Of a stretch of DNA of 64,000 nucleotides, positions 14,201 to 27,603 are shown in pieces (position 1 is the stretch's first letter; every line of letters begins with the position of its first letter). Under the pieces are notes generated by a model. It saw only the letters and a list, made by a program, of their open reading frames with translations. It had not been told where the DNA came from and ran no database searches. The DNA is from Bilabrum cf. latius (lineage: Eukaryota), in the NCBI GenBank assembly GCA_965178125.1, contig OZ237757.1, positions 682,001 through 746,000 of the forward strand, read 5' to 3'. The position numbers and the translations under genes are program-made.

Positions 14201-14675
14201 CATCTCCACTCTCTGCCAGACTACTTGCCATGCCAGACGCTCCTCCAGTTGTGTTGATTGTTCCAGCGGTTGGTTCTTTCTCGGATCTGGACGTAGATCT
14301 GGATCCAGATGCGGTCGCAGCCTATCCTGACGTAGCAATGCTGCCTGAGGGTGAAGCCGAGCCTACCTTACCATCTGACGTGGACATGTGTTCACTAGAC
14401 TCACGGCCTGGTACGCTTAGCTCTTTTCCGTCCACGACCAAAAGTTCATCTTCTTCTGCTTGCCGCGCAAGGTCCTTCATGGTTGTACCAGGCAGCGAGC
14501 TGTTCAAATCTTTCGTCAGCCGCCCCCCATACTACCTTTTATATTCCTAGCGTATCTACGAAAATGTACCTTTGCCGCCGAGATCGTCCACGAGGTCCAC
14601 AATTAGATCAGCCCATTCTTCAAGGCCACCGGGAAGTGGGCGTTCTCTCGCTTCAGGCTGATCGGATGCGCTCAT
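11262..14675 (-). CDS. ~1137-aa protein with about five LOTUS/OST-HTH-like winged-helix repeats separated by low-complexity linkers
   Basis: ORFs 14556, 14322, 14040, 12885, 12375 and 11262 share one frame and are joined by TAG; ends TGA. Repeated units such as LVDIVKRL..ADIGGEFRSRHG..L, IVSIVARVGG..ADIGNQYTQLTG and AEVGSRFKMRFG. Domain family and start codon are inferred. Confidence 0.6.
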
Positions 14676-15864
14676 GGTCCACTTCACTGCGTAAACATGC
14701 ACATAGGAAATACATGCTTCTGGACTTTGTTGCCAAATTAAGGCACATTCAAGGGAACCGGACACCAGACCAACTGTTCCTGGCATGCATGGACAACCTC
14801 CAAGCAAGGTTTACCGGGGCGCAGTCCAGCAATTTAGCGCAACAGAACACTGAACCACTCAATTCAAGTGTGAAATTCTTCGGGTACACCCGAGCTCAGT
14901 CTGTGTTAGACTCACATGCAAAATATGGTGGGGAGTGTCTTCAGCCTTGCGGCTACGCTGGTACAGGCCAGAGAGCAAGTGACACGGAAAGGTGCGTCGA
15001 TGTGCTCAGCCAACAGCACAAACGACTACCTGCCGGTCGGGCAATTACTTCAAAGAAGAGTACGGACTTTTTCGTGGGACCAATTTACATCTTCATCATC
15101 GGCGAATGGGCCCCAAATTTCCTTCCTACAGAATCTGAATTTCAGATCTCAGCACACTGCACCTCCCCCAGCCATTAAAAATTAATGCGTTTATATTGTA
15201 CCGGGGACGAAAGAGGCCTGAAATGGCCCGGCGTGGTCCCAACTACGGCCTGAAAGCAGCCCGTGCCGCAGCCTCCAACTAGATACTCCCGGCGAAGAGC
15301 TGCTATCCATGGGATCCAGCGGCGTGACCGAACATAGCTAGATACGACAGATCAAGGCCCTGAGTCATGGGAGATACTCACTGAAAGAGAGTGCGCACGC
15401 TCCGAAATGTAGGGGATCGTGTTCCCGTAGAGAGACACTGTGAGGTGGTCTGAGTGGTCCTACTAGTAGGAAGAGCGTGTCCGAGACAGGCGATAGATTC
15501 CTAGAAATACATGTGCCCGGCGTGCAGCCTGCGAAAAGATGCTGGCACAAACAAGACGTCAAGATGAAGATTTAAATTGTCCAGCCAAGAAGTATACGGC
15601 TCTCACAGGAGCCTCGTAGCTGCGGAATACTAGGCTCTTAGCGATACTTTTAACTTTGTTTCAGCATACACCCCGCCACCGGCATCCCTTGGAAACACAC
15701 GAAAAAGAAAGCCTGTGTTGGTGTGCGACCTTCTCTTCGTTGCGACCAACGGATTTACATGTTCCCCTTGATGGGTACTGCAATGGCGTACATGCGTGTT
15801 GCAGCTAATTTCTCCTTAAGAGCTTAATAACGTCAAGCGTCCTGCCCGGGAGATCGGAGCCATC

Positions 15865-18800
15865 ATGCCGAGACAGACCAGCAGCGTTCAGGCTTTGGCT
15901 TCCAATGCCTGGGCCTCGATGCTGCTCCCATTCGCTCTGTCAGCGATTCTTATTACTGCAGGAGTACTTATTCTTGATATACTATCTCAGCTATTTGGGG
16001 AGGCTGTGCTCTACAGGTCCAGGCATGTTATCAGCACAGAGTTGGCAGCCCCGTGGCCTCGGCGCATAGTAGTTAACGAGTCTGATTCTGGCACTGACAT
16101 ATTTCCCGAAGATCAGTACAAGCGCACGACTGCAGTGATTCAGGGTGCAATCGGAAGCGCCTGTTCCGCACTGATTGTGCTGGCAATTTCGGGGGGTCTT
16201 GCATTCGCTGCCTTGTGGTGTCGCGAAACTTGGCAACACTCAGCGACAACTCTGGACAATGATGCTGCCCAAAGCAGCCGTGAGCATGCATGTTGCTTTG
16301 GAATGCTCGAGGGGGCCTGCCGGACCCGAAGGTCGGTGCTCCTCCTGCTCATCACAATCCTGGCGGCGATGATGGCAGTCGAGGCGTCCTTCCAGTACAT
16401 CCCCAGAAATGCCGGCCCCGGCGGCGGAACGTTTGGCCCAGGTCCTCTCGTCATGTCATACGCGGGGGCCGTAGGCCTCGCCCGCGGTTCGTGGCATTAC
16501 TTATCGCGAGCAGTCTAGGGGGAGCCGTGGACGATCGGTGATGTCCGGTACTCTATCCCGCAGCTGAGCACAGTGTCGCCCGGCGTGTCGCTGACTGGGG
16601 CCGTGTTTGTCAGCACGGTGGTGATTTCCACGATGATCATCGGCTCGGCCAACGCCACGAGGCCCAGGGCAGAGATCCAGGCCAAGAGGAGCAGGCTGGT
16701 GACCATCATCACGTGCGTGGTGGTGGGATTCGCGGCAAACGCATTCGTGTCTGCCACCATTGGCTTCACGAACTTGGGAGCATCTACATCCTCCTACAAG
16801 AAGGGAACTGGCGCCATTCGTGACCTAGAGGCGCTTCGGAATGGCCTCTGGGCTCAGCATGGGTGGTCTACCGGGACCCAGTCGATGCCTGACAACACAC
16901 CCGGTTCGTACGGTCGGTATGAATCTCTGGATGTGCAGGCGCAGCCGCTGCTACTCGGGGCAGATGGTCAGCCGGTTTATTTTCTCGCGCTGCAGCAGCA
17001 CGCTGCCCTTGCTCTTGCTCCAAATAGCAGAGATAATGCCAGCGAAGCGTTGCTGAAAGCTGCAAGGGCGGGTGCAGTCACAGGTGCAAAGGCGGGCGGG
17101 CTCGCAAACACCGTGGCTAATTCGTCCGTGGTGGGCTCTTGCCTCATTCGAATGAGCTCGGCCGAGTCCTCTGTGGCCCTGACTGCCCTCGACTACGCCA
17201 GGGGCAAATTGGCTGCATCGGGCGGGAACACATCTGCTGCTGGGCTGGCCTTCCCACTCTCTGTCAGCGATGTGCTGGACGGGGCAAGCAACAGCCAGCC
17301 CAGCCTGTATGAAGAGAAACTGGAGGGCCTGACGCGATGGCTACCCGCTGGAATTGTGTTCATGTCTGCCGTGTACCTTGGATTCACTGGCTGCGGCTTC
17401 TGCTTGTTCGTGCTGACTCCAGCAGTTGGGCTCCGACGGGTGCTCGCCACATCCGATGCGAAATTTGGAAAGTGGGCGGTGGCTGCAAAGCTCCGGGGCA
17501 GCGATGAGCGGCACAGACCGACCAGGGTGGTACCTTCCGCGGCAGCGCCCGGCGGTAATCCCAGGGACGGATCAGACGAACACGGCTCAACTGCTGCTTC
17601 GGCTCGGCAAGGACCTCCAGAATGGCAGCTGGGTCGATCGGAAGCTGGCTGGGACTGGGTTGGGACGCCTATTGGAGTGAGGTGTGCTGCCTGCATCGGT
17701 AACCTATTAGTGTCTCGTGTGATCATGCTGCTAGCCGCGTGCTGCTGCTAGCCGTGCCGGCGTTGCGCTTGCGACACCTGCTGCACGGGCGATTGCTGCA
17801 ATTGTTGCAGTCCTACGGCCCCAAAGCGCCCGATGCAAAGCAACGGTCTTACAGAAGCGGATGGTACCAGGCCCACGTAGCATTCGATCGTACGTTCACT
17901 GCGTGAGTGCAGCAAAGGTGGTCAGCTACCCGCTGGATTGCGTGCGGGGCCAACCGGAAGGAGGTCTGCAGGCAGGGGATCTACACTCCGCAGGCATGAC
18001 ACCAGCGAGGAAATGCATTCCGAATGCGGCGGTGCCCTGACCTGCTCGGAGTCGGAGCACAAGCGCGAGAAACAATGGGCTTTGGCGGCATCTGACGCGT
18101 ACGCCTTCGGCAGGGCAGCTTGGGCGGCGCTGTCACCGGCTCTGGATGAGGGCACAGTGCCGTGCTGCGCGGGGTGGTGCGGTCACACACCGCGCGGGAA
18201 GAGTATGTGCGGCTCATGTCAAAGTTAGGCTGGGAACTCCGACCCAGGTGCGGCCTCAGACGTGTCATTGGTGGATCCTCAGGTGCGGGCAGCGGAGCTG
18301 ATGCTGGAAGAGGCTGCGCAGGGCTCAATCGAGAACCGTGCTGCAAAATCCAGCTCAAGCAGCTCATCGCATGCGTACTATAGCGGTAAGCCGGCATCTT
18401 AGTACCACCGTCAGTCGAGCCTCGGTGCCGCACTCGTGCGCTAGGTGCGAGCGCGGACCGCCCTGCTGGCAATCGCTCTAAAGTGCCTGACCACTGCCGC
18501 AATCCTGCACTTTATTGCTGTGAATATCGTGCAAGCGGCTCTACTAAGCAAACCAGACGCCATCTGCGAGTGCGCATACACTAGCATTGCTGGGATTCGT
18601 GGCTTTTTCCCCTGCCAAGACACGGCCCTCGAGGGCAAGCCCGTGAGTGAATTGCTGCAGGACGAGTGGCAGGACGCTGCGATCAGCTATGTTGTAGGAG
18701 ACCTAGTGTGGCGGTTTGTTTGGTTCGTCATCCGGGTCGCGGTGCTGGGCGCGCTCTATTTGTTCGCCGTGCAATCCGACGAGCTGGAGACTGCCGTGGC

Positions 18801-20162
18801 GCAGGCGGACAGACATGCAGCCGCATTGCGAGCCAGGCTGCGGTTCGTCTCTCACGAGTGCAGGGTGCCTCTGAACTCGGTGGTGCTCGGGCTGGAGTTT
18901 GCCAGCGAGGCTGCGATAGAGGCGGAGAGGGCGGCGGGAGGGATCCGCAGGCGGCTGGCAACTCGAGGCAGGGGTCTTGACAATGGTATTGGCATGGGTC
19001 GTTCTGGCTCTGCCGGCGGCTATGACGAGAGTTTTGATGATGCTAGCCGTCAGTAGCAAGCATCCATGGGTGAAAATCCAAGGGAAAACTCGACTGCGAA
19101 TAGCACCGCCGACCTGGACGCTGCATTAGCCACCCTGCGCGAGTCCATGCCCTCGCTTCAGGCAGCGGCGCAGTCGATGCAAGCCACGCTGGACGACGTG
19201 CTGAGCCTGGAGCAGATCGAGGCAGGGGCCATGCGGCTCCAAGTCAAGCCAGCCCGCATCGGGCCTGCCTTCCTGCAGTCGGTGGCTCAGAGGCTCCGCA
19301 CCCAGGCGGTGCACGCTGGCGTGCAGATGCGGTGGGTAGACCTGCGTGATCACCGCGGCGCGGGTGGGAGAGGGCCGGCCGGTGTGTCAGTGCTGGTGGA
19401 CCAGGGCAGACTGCAGGGCGCAATGATGACGATTGCATCGAATGCACTTCATTGGAGCACTGGGGATGATGACGGGTCCGAGAGTGGAAGCAAGGCCAGC
19501 CCCACTGTCACGCTGGGGTGCTCGAGTGCCCCGCCGCACCTGTGGACGGGAGAGGACTGGGCGCAAGCAGCGAGGGGATTAGGCGCTGATACCGCTGGAC
19601 GGCTGCTGCAAATTGTGACTGGCTCGTTCAATCGGTTGCAAAGTGATAGAGTCGGAAGCAGTCACCAAACGGACGTGCCAGTCCACGCGCCACGCCAATC
19701 TGACGCAATGGGAACCGGGTCAACAATGGGCGCAGCAGTTTCCGCACGTCTTGGCGATGATCACGAGGGCATGCCTGCTACTAGTAAGCCGAAGAAAGTC
19801 TCACAAGAGAAGCTAGCTAGCGAGTCAGTGCCTGCCGAGGGAGGTCGGAGGGCCGCTGACAGCCGAATGCCAAAGCAGCGCACTGGGTCCGATCCTGACG
19901 ATACTGCGGCAATGCAGATGATGCCCATGCATCGGGCCCACACCTTCAGAACTCAGGGTCCTGTAGCCGGACGGACAGGTCCACAAAACATGCGCCTATC
20001 CGGAGGCAAAGGCGGCTCTTCAATGGGCAAGCTCAGTGACGACGGTCACGCGGCTGTGACTGTCTTCGCCACGGATCTGGGCAACGATGTGGTGCATGAA
20101 CTGGTACTGCAGCAAAGCTAGCTTGAGTCGATACCCGCTCCTGGTGATGCTGCTGATGCTGC

Positions 20163-20221
<59 letters not shown>

Positions 20222-22209
20222 GCGCGACATCGCATCACACATCTACGGACCCTTCGCTTGCTCAACAGCCCAGGAGCTCCGACGTGTCAGGAACGCGTCG
20301 CGGTGTGGCGGTTGAGGTCGCCGTACGCAGAGGTGCCCCCTCACCCCAGACCCACCATGGGACTCCCTACCCCTGCTTCGGTTCGAACGTAAGCTTGGAC
20401 GGAGCGCCAGCTAAAGGTACAGGATTGCTAGGCACCAAGACAGTCAGAAGCAACGACAAGCATGGATTCGATCAAGAGGGGAGCGGCTGCATATTGAGGT
20501 AGCCAGAGGCCGTGTCCCAGCCCCAAACCTCCCGCTCCCACTGCGGGTCAATCGGCCTAGGCATTGCGCACCATTCCTCCTCTGCTGAGTCAGGCAGCAA
20601 CGCGCCTAATTCGCTCCATTCAACGGGTCGTCTGCACCAGATGACCAGCCATGGCTCGCGAGCCCAGGCAGCTGCAGGAACGAGCCACTCGATCTGGACC
20701 GCCAATCGCACCATGGATGCCACGGAGGCAGACGTGAGCGAGGCAATGGAGGCAGCACGCTTCGCGCGAGACGGTGCCTCTTCACATGACGATCCGGTAA
20801 CAGCAGGTGGGCAAAAGAAGCTCAGGGGCGTGTGCTGCGTTGATCCCACAGGACAGAGTGCCTACTAGCGCCTTGAGCGGGGCTTGGTACGGGCACACCA
20901 ACCTCACCGGCATACAAGCGGTACATCTGCTGCCAAGACTCGCGAGAGCACGGCCAGTGGGAGATCTCGTGATCATAGAAGCTCACATTCTGGCAGTAGA
21001 AACGTGTTGCCGTCAGACGGTGCGAGCGAGTCCGACGGTCAGGTCTTGGGAGCTGCGACCAATGCGCGTGCAGCTGGCACTGGTGCTAGCAATGCCGGTT
21101 CATCGGTGTCTGTCTGTCTCTGGGCGCTGGACGAGGGGCGCGGGATCGACCGGCAGGACTGGGGCGGGGTGTTCTCTGCTCTGGACGGACTGCACTCGGG
21201 GATCCTCACATCGGAGGGGCAGGGGTCGGGGCTTGGGCTGGCTGTGGCGGCGCAGGTGCTGCGGCTGCACGGGGGCTGCTGCGGGTTCAGCAGCTGTCCA
21301 GGCGCTGGCAGCGTGTTCTTCCTGTGGTTCAGGGCAGCTGTAGTGCACAGAGATGACACAGAACATGGCGAAATCTCTTCGGCAGACGAGGAGATCAGCG
21401 TCCCGAAATCGAGTGTGGGTCTATCGGGTCGTCTTGGCGCGCGGCAAGGCGAGGGGGAGGCGGACATGAGCAAGGCTGCAGAGGCCCGAAAGATGGAACG
21501 AGGAAGCGCTGCACTCGTCACATAGAAGTCCACGTAGAGCAGCCAGCCACATCACGGACGAGGCAGGAGACGAAGAGTTGTCAAGAGAAGGGACAAGAAG
21601 ATAGCGGGTGAGAATGACTAGAAATCCAGAGCCGGGGCAGGCGATAGTTGCCTAGCAGACGGTGTTGGCTCAACAGGGCAGAATGAAGCCGTGGGAGCTG
21701 GCGCTGCCGCAGGGGGTGTGCTTCGTGTTCCTGCAAGGACGCAAAGCGTACCAGACAGACCCACGGCCTCTGCTCGCACGGTGCTTGTGGTGGACGACAG
21801 CCGCTCCAACCGCGTGCTTCTGGCCTCGATCGTGAAGCGATGCATGCCGGCGGCATGGGAGGGCACTCGGGTGCTGCAGGCCAGCGACGGGGTGCATGCG
21901 CTGGAGGTGATTGAGCAGGAGATGGAGGAGAGGAGCGGGGCTGTTGCTGGTGAGGAGTGCCCAGTGCGGCTGGTGCTGCTGGATTTCTCCATGCCGCGGA
22001 TGTCAGGGCCGGAGATGGTGCGACGCATGAGGGCGGACAGGCGCGCGTCTGTGCGAGGCATCCCGGTGGTTGGAGTGACTGGGAATGCGCTGCCGGAGGA
22101 TGTGGAGCATTTCAAGGAGTGCGGGGCAGAGCGGGTGCTATTGAAGCCCGTGTCCGTGGCAGGAATCCGGAAGGTATTGCAGGACGTCGCTGTCAGGCAC
22201 TTCTGTTGA
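15865..22209 (+). CDS. Membrane-bound hybrid histidine kinase (HisKA + split HATPase_c + receiver), ~2114 aa
   Basis: Single frame across TAGs to TGA 22207-22209. Several TM segments, H-box RFVSHECRVPLNSV, N-box IASNALHW, G1 LDEGRGID, G2 GSGLGLAV, receiver VLVVDDS...LLDFSMPRMSG...LLKP. Confidence 0.88.
20143..20220 (+). repeat. (GCT)n/(GAT)n trinucleotide microsatellite encoding poly-Ala/poly-Asp within the histidine kinase
   Basis: Directly visible gatgctgctgct...gatgatgat run. Confidence 0.95.
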
Positions 22210-22669
22210 AGCCGAAGAGTCATGAATCATGATAAGGCCCTAAATCTACCCACGAGCATACCACAGAGCTTGCTAGCTTGCTTGCCTATAGATCCGCGCC
22301 GCACGATCCCAATTGGAGTTGCACGCTATCGACTATGGCGTTGGTTCCGCAAACCAATTTCTAATGCGCGGCGGCAGTCGTTGTCCGGGCTCAGCATTTC
22401 CTCCTATCGTTTAAGCCAGCAACGTTGCTTTTCAGTGAGACGTTCATGATATCGCTATGGATTTTTAATCGTGGCATCTAATGTAGGAATTTGAACGATG
22501 ATGCATGGTGGCTTCCTCCACTGCGTGTGCCCCGAATGCCCGACAAACTATTGGCGACACTGGTACTCAAGCGTGCACCTGATAGAGCTTTCGAACCTCT
22601 ACTTGCTACAGTATGATTGAAACATGTGTATTTGTACCATTTTCCTTGTTTTCGCAGGATTTTAGGACG

Positions 22670-25600
22670 ATGATACTCCCTGCAGAGCTTCCAGTTAGAT
22701 TCGCCGTTGTGAAGAGTGTCACAGCTGCTATCGCTCTCCTTTCGTGTGCGGCCCTTGGAATGCAGGGTGGAGAATGGATTGTTCCCACTTCTCATTCCTT
22801 TGAGGCCAGCTCAGACGGGTCAACCCAGTTCGTTGGCTCATATGACTTCAACAAGAGCCCGGAAGCGGACCAAAACGTTCAGTCCATATTGCAAGTGGGG
22901 GAGCACCTCATCGGTTGTATTGATACAGAGCTAGGTAGAGAGATCTCGATCGCTAAAGTTGAAGTCGACCGGCTTGCTCCTCGGAACAAGCAGCTGTATC
23001 TGGACCCTGACGCGGCAAATGGCGCGTTGTTTGTCCCTACAGAGGATTTCGCTTTCGGGATCATGAATGGATGCGACTTCGGTCGGCCTATTCATCGAAT
23101 CGGATCCACGGATACGGTGGTCCTTTTTGCCTTTGCTGATTACCTCACTATTTACGGTGTGGCCTAGTGGGCCCAGAGGCGATGGGTCGCCGCCAACACA
23201 ACCTCCGCAGTTGTTGCCGAAATCGGATTCAACGACACGTTCGGAGAAGGAACTAAGCTCCAGGATGACGGTGTGGCCGTTTTGAACCCCTTGGATCAGT
23301 CCGTGACGAGCCTCGTGGGTGGTCTCGTGCACTGTGTGACGGTCAACCCAACTGACGACCAGGGCAGCGCCATGGGCCCCAAGATCGTGTGCTGGGACGT
23401 GAGGCTCCCCGCAGGCAACCAGATCATCGAAATCGGCGGAATACAAGCAAACAATCGCCAGCTCCTCTGGGGCTGGGCCGACCACCGCCTCTGCACCATT
23501 GGCCCAGACTCGAGCGGAGCCAACCGCGAGATACGATGTGCCGACATGGCCACGCCGAGCGCCTCCAAGAACTTCACCCTTCTGTACGACACCCACCCGA
23601 CCGACCATGCATTTTCAACCAATGCGTAGAGTAGCCTTGTGTCTGTCATCTCCGATGATATCATGTGCTGGCTGGGGACGGTGCCGGAGACCTCCAACCA
23701 GTGGTTCCAGAACACCTACAGCCATCTGGTCTGCTACAACGCATCTGACGGAACTGCTGTTGTTGCGGATGATCCCATGGGCGCAACCATGCTGTTCACA
23801 CCTGTTCTATCCTCGGACGGGCAGCACGTGTACTTCCAGGCCGGCTCGGCAAGGTCAGTGTGGGCCATGAGCATGGCCACTGGGGGGCTCTCCAAGATGG
23901 AAGACACCGTGTCACAGACTGGCTCCCATTTTGCCGAGGGGCTATCGTGGCTATCCGAAGAGAGGGGCGTGCTCGTGGCGTTCACTGAACGGACATCGAG
24001 GAGCAATAAATTGACTGCAGTGACCTGGAGGCACGACGGGTCGCCTCTCGCCGTCGACGGGGGCCCGGTCAACAATGATGGTCGCAGCTTGGGCCCAGTC
24101 ACCTGGGCCGTCCCTGCCGTGGATGACCTTTCGCCTTATAATACCACGCATTCGGTCCGAGTCGTGACCTCCCCGATGGCCTTGGGCACGTACAGGCAGC
24201 TTGCCGTGATTGACCGGTCTACTGGTTTAGCAAGCCCAGTAAAGGGCCTGAGGGATTTCGAGATCAGCAGCGCCGAGAGCGTGAGCTGGGCAGACCCTAA
24301 CTCTGGCTTGCAGCGCAGGGGGTACATTATGGTCGGACTCAACATCACAGTTGAAGGCAGTGTTCGTGTGAAGCAGCCTATCGTATGGACGGGACATCTC
24401 TCAGATCCCGCCCGTGTCATTGACTAGCTGAACGAGATCGGCAGCAACGATGGAAGTTTTGAGGACGTCGTGTTTTAGATCGTAGATACTGCGGGTCCAT
24501 TTCCCATCACGTCTGTTGTGCTGCTCCGGCAATTCTTCCGCTCTGGCGAGCGGTTCGCTGCGTACCCACTTGCCGACATCATGGCGGGCTCTGTGCAGGC
24601 GCACGAGGCAAGACTCGAGTACAACCCGGCTCCCTCCAAAACAGCATCGGGCTTTGAAATCCAGTCGGCTTTCACGCGGTCGCAGGACGGGGCTCTGTGC
24701 ATGCAGGTTGAAAACAACACACTCACCGACCTGGCATGCGTGGTGGAGGGGCCACGCCTCTCCGATGGGGCGGTCAGGATCGAGTTCGCCTCGCAGATGC
24801 CGGTGCACCCGCTGGTAAATGGGAGCTCCCAACGGGGCAGCTCGTATCCTGGCAGCAGCGCCACGGACAGCGAGACACTTGCCCGAAAACACTTCCAGCG
24901 GCTCGGCAAGGGGGACGGCTTCGTGATGCTGGAACGAGATGACGTCCCGGGAGCTTCGAACGATCGAGCCTTCTACTTCGACGGGCACCATTTCCCCGTC
25001 GAGATGGGCACGCCGGACTCTGGCGACGCTGATATCGACCATAAATCCGGGATCGCAAGGGCAGGCAACGGCCGGTTCGTGTATTTCTACGGCCGCTCGC
25101 CCACCACGAACGACGACTCCCCGCTGGTGGCCGACCTGTCTCTCAACGGGGCCGTGTACGGGGCGAATGCGACTGTATGGGAGGCTGATGATCTGTTTGG
25201 TAAGGCCACCGCCATCTACGACCGCTACTTTGTAGACATCATTGAGCATGATGACGCCGGCAGGGAGCTCGCGATCTGGGACACGATGCACGTGTCCAGG
25301 GGCCCAGTGCAGGTGGCTGGCATCGACGACAGCGTCATCGGGAACATAGAAGACGATGACAGCAGCGTGCACTACAGGCAGCCAGAGGCTCTGCTGGGCG
25401 GCAGCACGGGCGAGATCGTGTACGGCGTTCAGCACGAGTTCAGCGATGATGGCGGTGATGATGATGACGACGAAGACGACTAGTCCGGGGCTGCCGCCGA
25501 TGACTATGCTTCCACGTACCTCTTGGACGAGAGCAAATTTCTCCGATTCAATGCAGACGGCACCCTCAACGACACTGGGTCGCTTCCAGTTCTCTTCGCT

Positions 25601-27253
25601 AGTCATGCCACTGACGGCTGGCTCTCCGGAGTCAACAAGACAGGCTACGAAGTCGAGGTCAACGGCACCATCCGCCGGGGCACCATGTCGCTGACGCTGT
25701 GCCCGGGCGAGAGCAGGCAGGCGGGCGCCGACATCTGCGTGTCTGTGTGGGACACCATGGGTATCATGGAGACAAGGCAGTCATTCGAGGTGCAGGCCGA
25801 GGTGCACCGGTCTCTACTACTGGACGAGCACACGGCCGTGATTTTCGAGAATGGGGCAGGCAGCTCTAGGGCATCAAGCTTGCTCGTTGGCGACGTGGCG
25901 AGCGGAAACATCACCGAGATTGATTGCGAAGAGCACAGCATGCCGGAGGTCAACGAGAACTCGATCAACCGGCTGTTCGGCGGCAGGGCCGCGTGCTGGT
26001 CTCCCTCGAACGGTCTAAGCCAGGGGTTCGGCAACGTGGGGAAAATCGTATGCTGGTTCAAGGGGAGCCAGGAATGCACCGCGTATGCCTTCAATGCAAT
26101 TCAAGGTCAGCGGCTGGTCCGTCCATTTGCTGAGATACCCCGACCCGTGCAGTTTGACCCTACCATTGCCGTCGCCGCCGTGGCCACCAACGAGTTGCAT
26201 GGGGAGGAGCTGCACGTGATGGCGGTGATTCAGCCAACGCCCTCACCATCACCGACCCCGAGCCCCACTGCCAGTCCCTCTTCCAGCCCGAGCACCAGCC
26301 CCAGCCCGAGCGTCAGCGCCAGCCCGAGCACCAGCCCCAGCCCAAGCGTCAGCGCCAGCCCGAGCACCAGCCCCAGCCCAAGCGTCAGCGCCAGCCCGAG
26401 CACTAGCCCCAGCCCGAGCGTCAGCGCCAGCCCGAGCACCAGCCCGAGCCCAAGCGTCAGCGCCAGCCCGAGCACCAGCCCGAGCCCAAGCGTCAGCGCA
26501 AGCCCGAGCACCAGCCCGAACCCGAGCACCAGCGCCAGCCTAAGCCCGGACCCACCAGCTGCAGCCGATCCATCCCCAGTTCCAGCTCGCCGAGGCCGAG
26601 GCAAGCTCGCTCCCGTCGCCACAAACGAGGGAGACAACGAGCAGAGCGATGCCCAGCTGTGCCAGGGCCCCGCGGATGCAGCCGCCTCCAGCCAGACCCA
26701 GGCACCCAGGGCCAACATTCTTCACAACGAGATCAAGATCACCGGCCTGGATCCAATGGACGCCAGCTGCGGTGACGCCCTGCTGCTCGTGGGCAATCTG
26801 ACGGCTGCTGCTGGGACGGACGCGGGCGACGTCGTGGTGTGGTTCGAACCTGATGGCAATGGCGGGTCCACGCTCGTGGTGCAGACGCCCGTGGAGAACG
26901 AAGATGAGGCCGGCCTCGTGATGCAGGCCTACGAGGATATCTTGCTGTCGCCAGTGCTGGGAAGCACGCTAGGCTCGCAGGCGACCTTCGATCCGACCGA
27001 CGAGGACGCTGCCTACACCGTCTCGAACCCGTACGTGCCTTCCACTGACGGAGATGATGAGGTTGACTTCCCAGTGGCGATCGTTGCGGGCGTGGCGGGC
27101 TTCGTGGCTCTTGTGGGCCTGCTCGTGTGCCTGTACTGCGCTGGGTGCTGCTCCAAAAAGCGGGCCGAGGAGGACGACGAGGGCGCCTCGAAGGACGCTA
27201 AGAAAAAGCTTGACAGCGTGAAAACGGCTCAGATCAAGGCCCAGGCGGTGTGA
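22670..27253 (+). CDS. Paralog of the 1783-5754 surface protein (~1527 aa): ELWxxDGT-like repeats, SPST repeat stalk, TM
   Basis: ORFs 22613, 23273, 23639, 24518 and 25523 share one frame and are joined by TAG. Shared motifs (FYFDG, GRELAIWD, LHGEELHV, RRGRGK after the stalk, TM followed by CCSKK); ends AQAV-TGA. Start codon inferred. Confidence 0.75.
26282..26540 (+). repeat. 36-bp coding tandem repeat (SPSTSPSPSVSA)n, mucin-like stalk
   Basis: Repeated agcccgagcaccagccccagcccaagcgtcagcgcc units, about 7 copies. Confidence 0.9.
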
Positions 27254-27603
27254 GTGCCATTGAGTGGCACGATCGGCTTGCGGTGCAACATCTGTTGGCA
27301 ATGTGGTGCAGCCAGCGGTAAGCGGTGGCGCGTCGGACATGTGGTTTGCTTTTGCTTCCTGCGATTCACTGTCCTAACAACTTGCATGTTTGCTGTAGCC
27401 GCGTGTTGTAGACAACCGATGCTTCAAATTTCCCGGCGTCTCTATGTTTCAACGTGTTTCGCAGCTTGCGAACAGGCATGGAAAATGCAAAAAGTCATCA
27501 TGATATCTTCAAAATCAATCGTCATCATCACCTTTGAGACCTTGCCTTGGACCCTCGCCCAAAACTAGTTCTCTGTGGTACTTATCGAGACTTCCGAGCT
27601 CAC

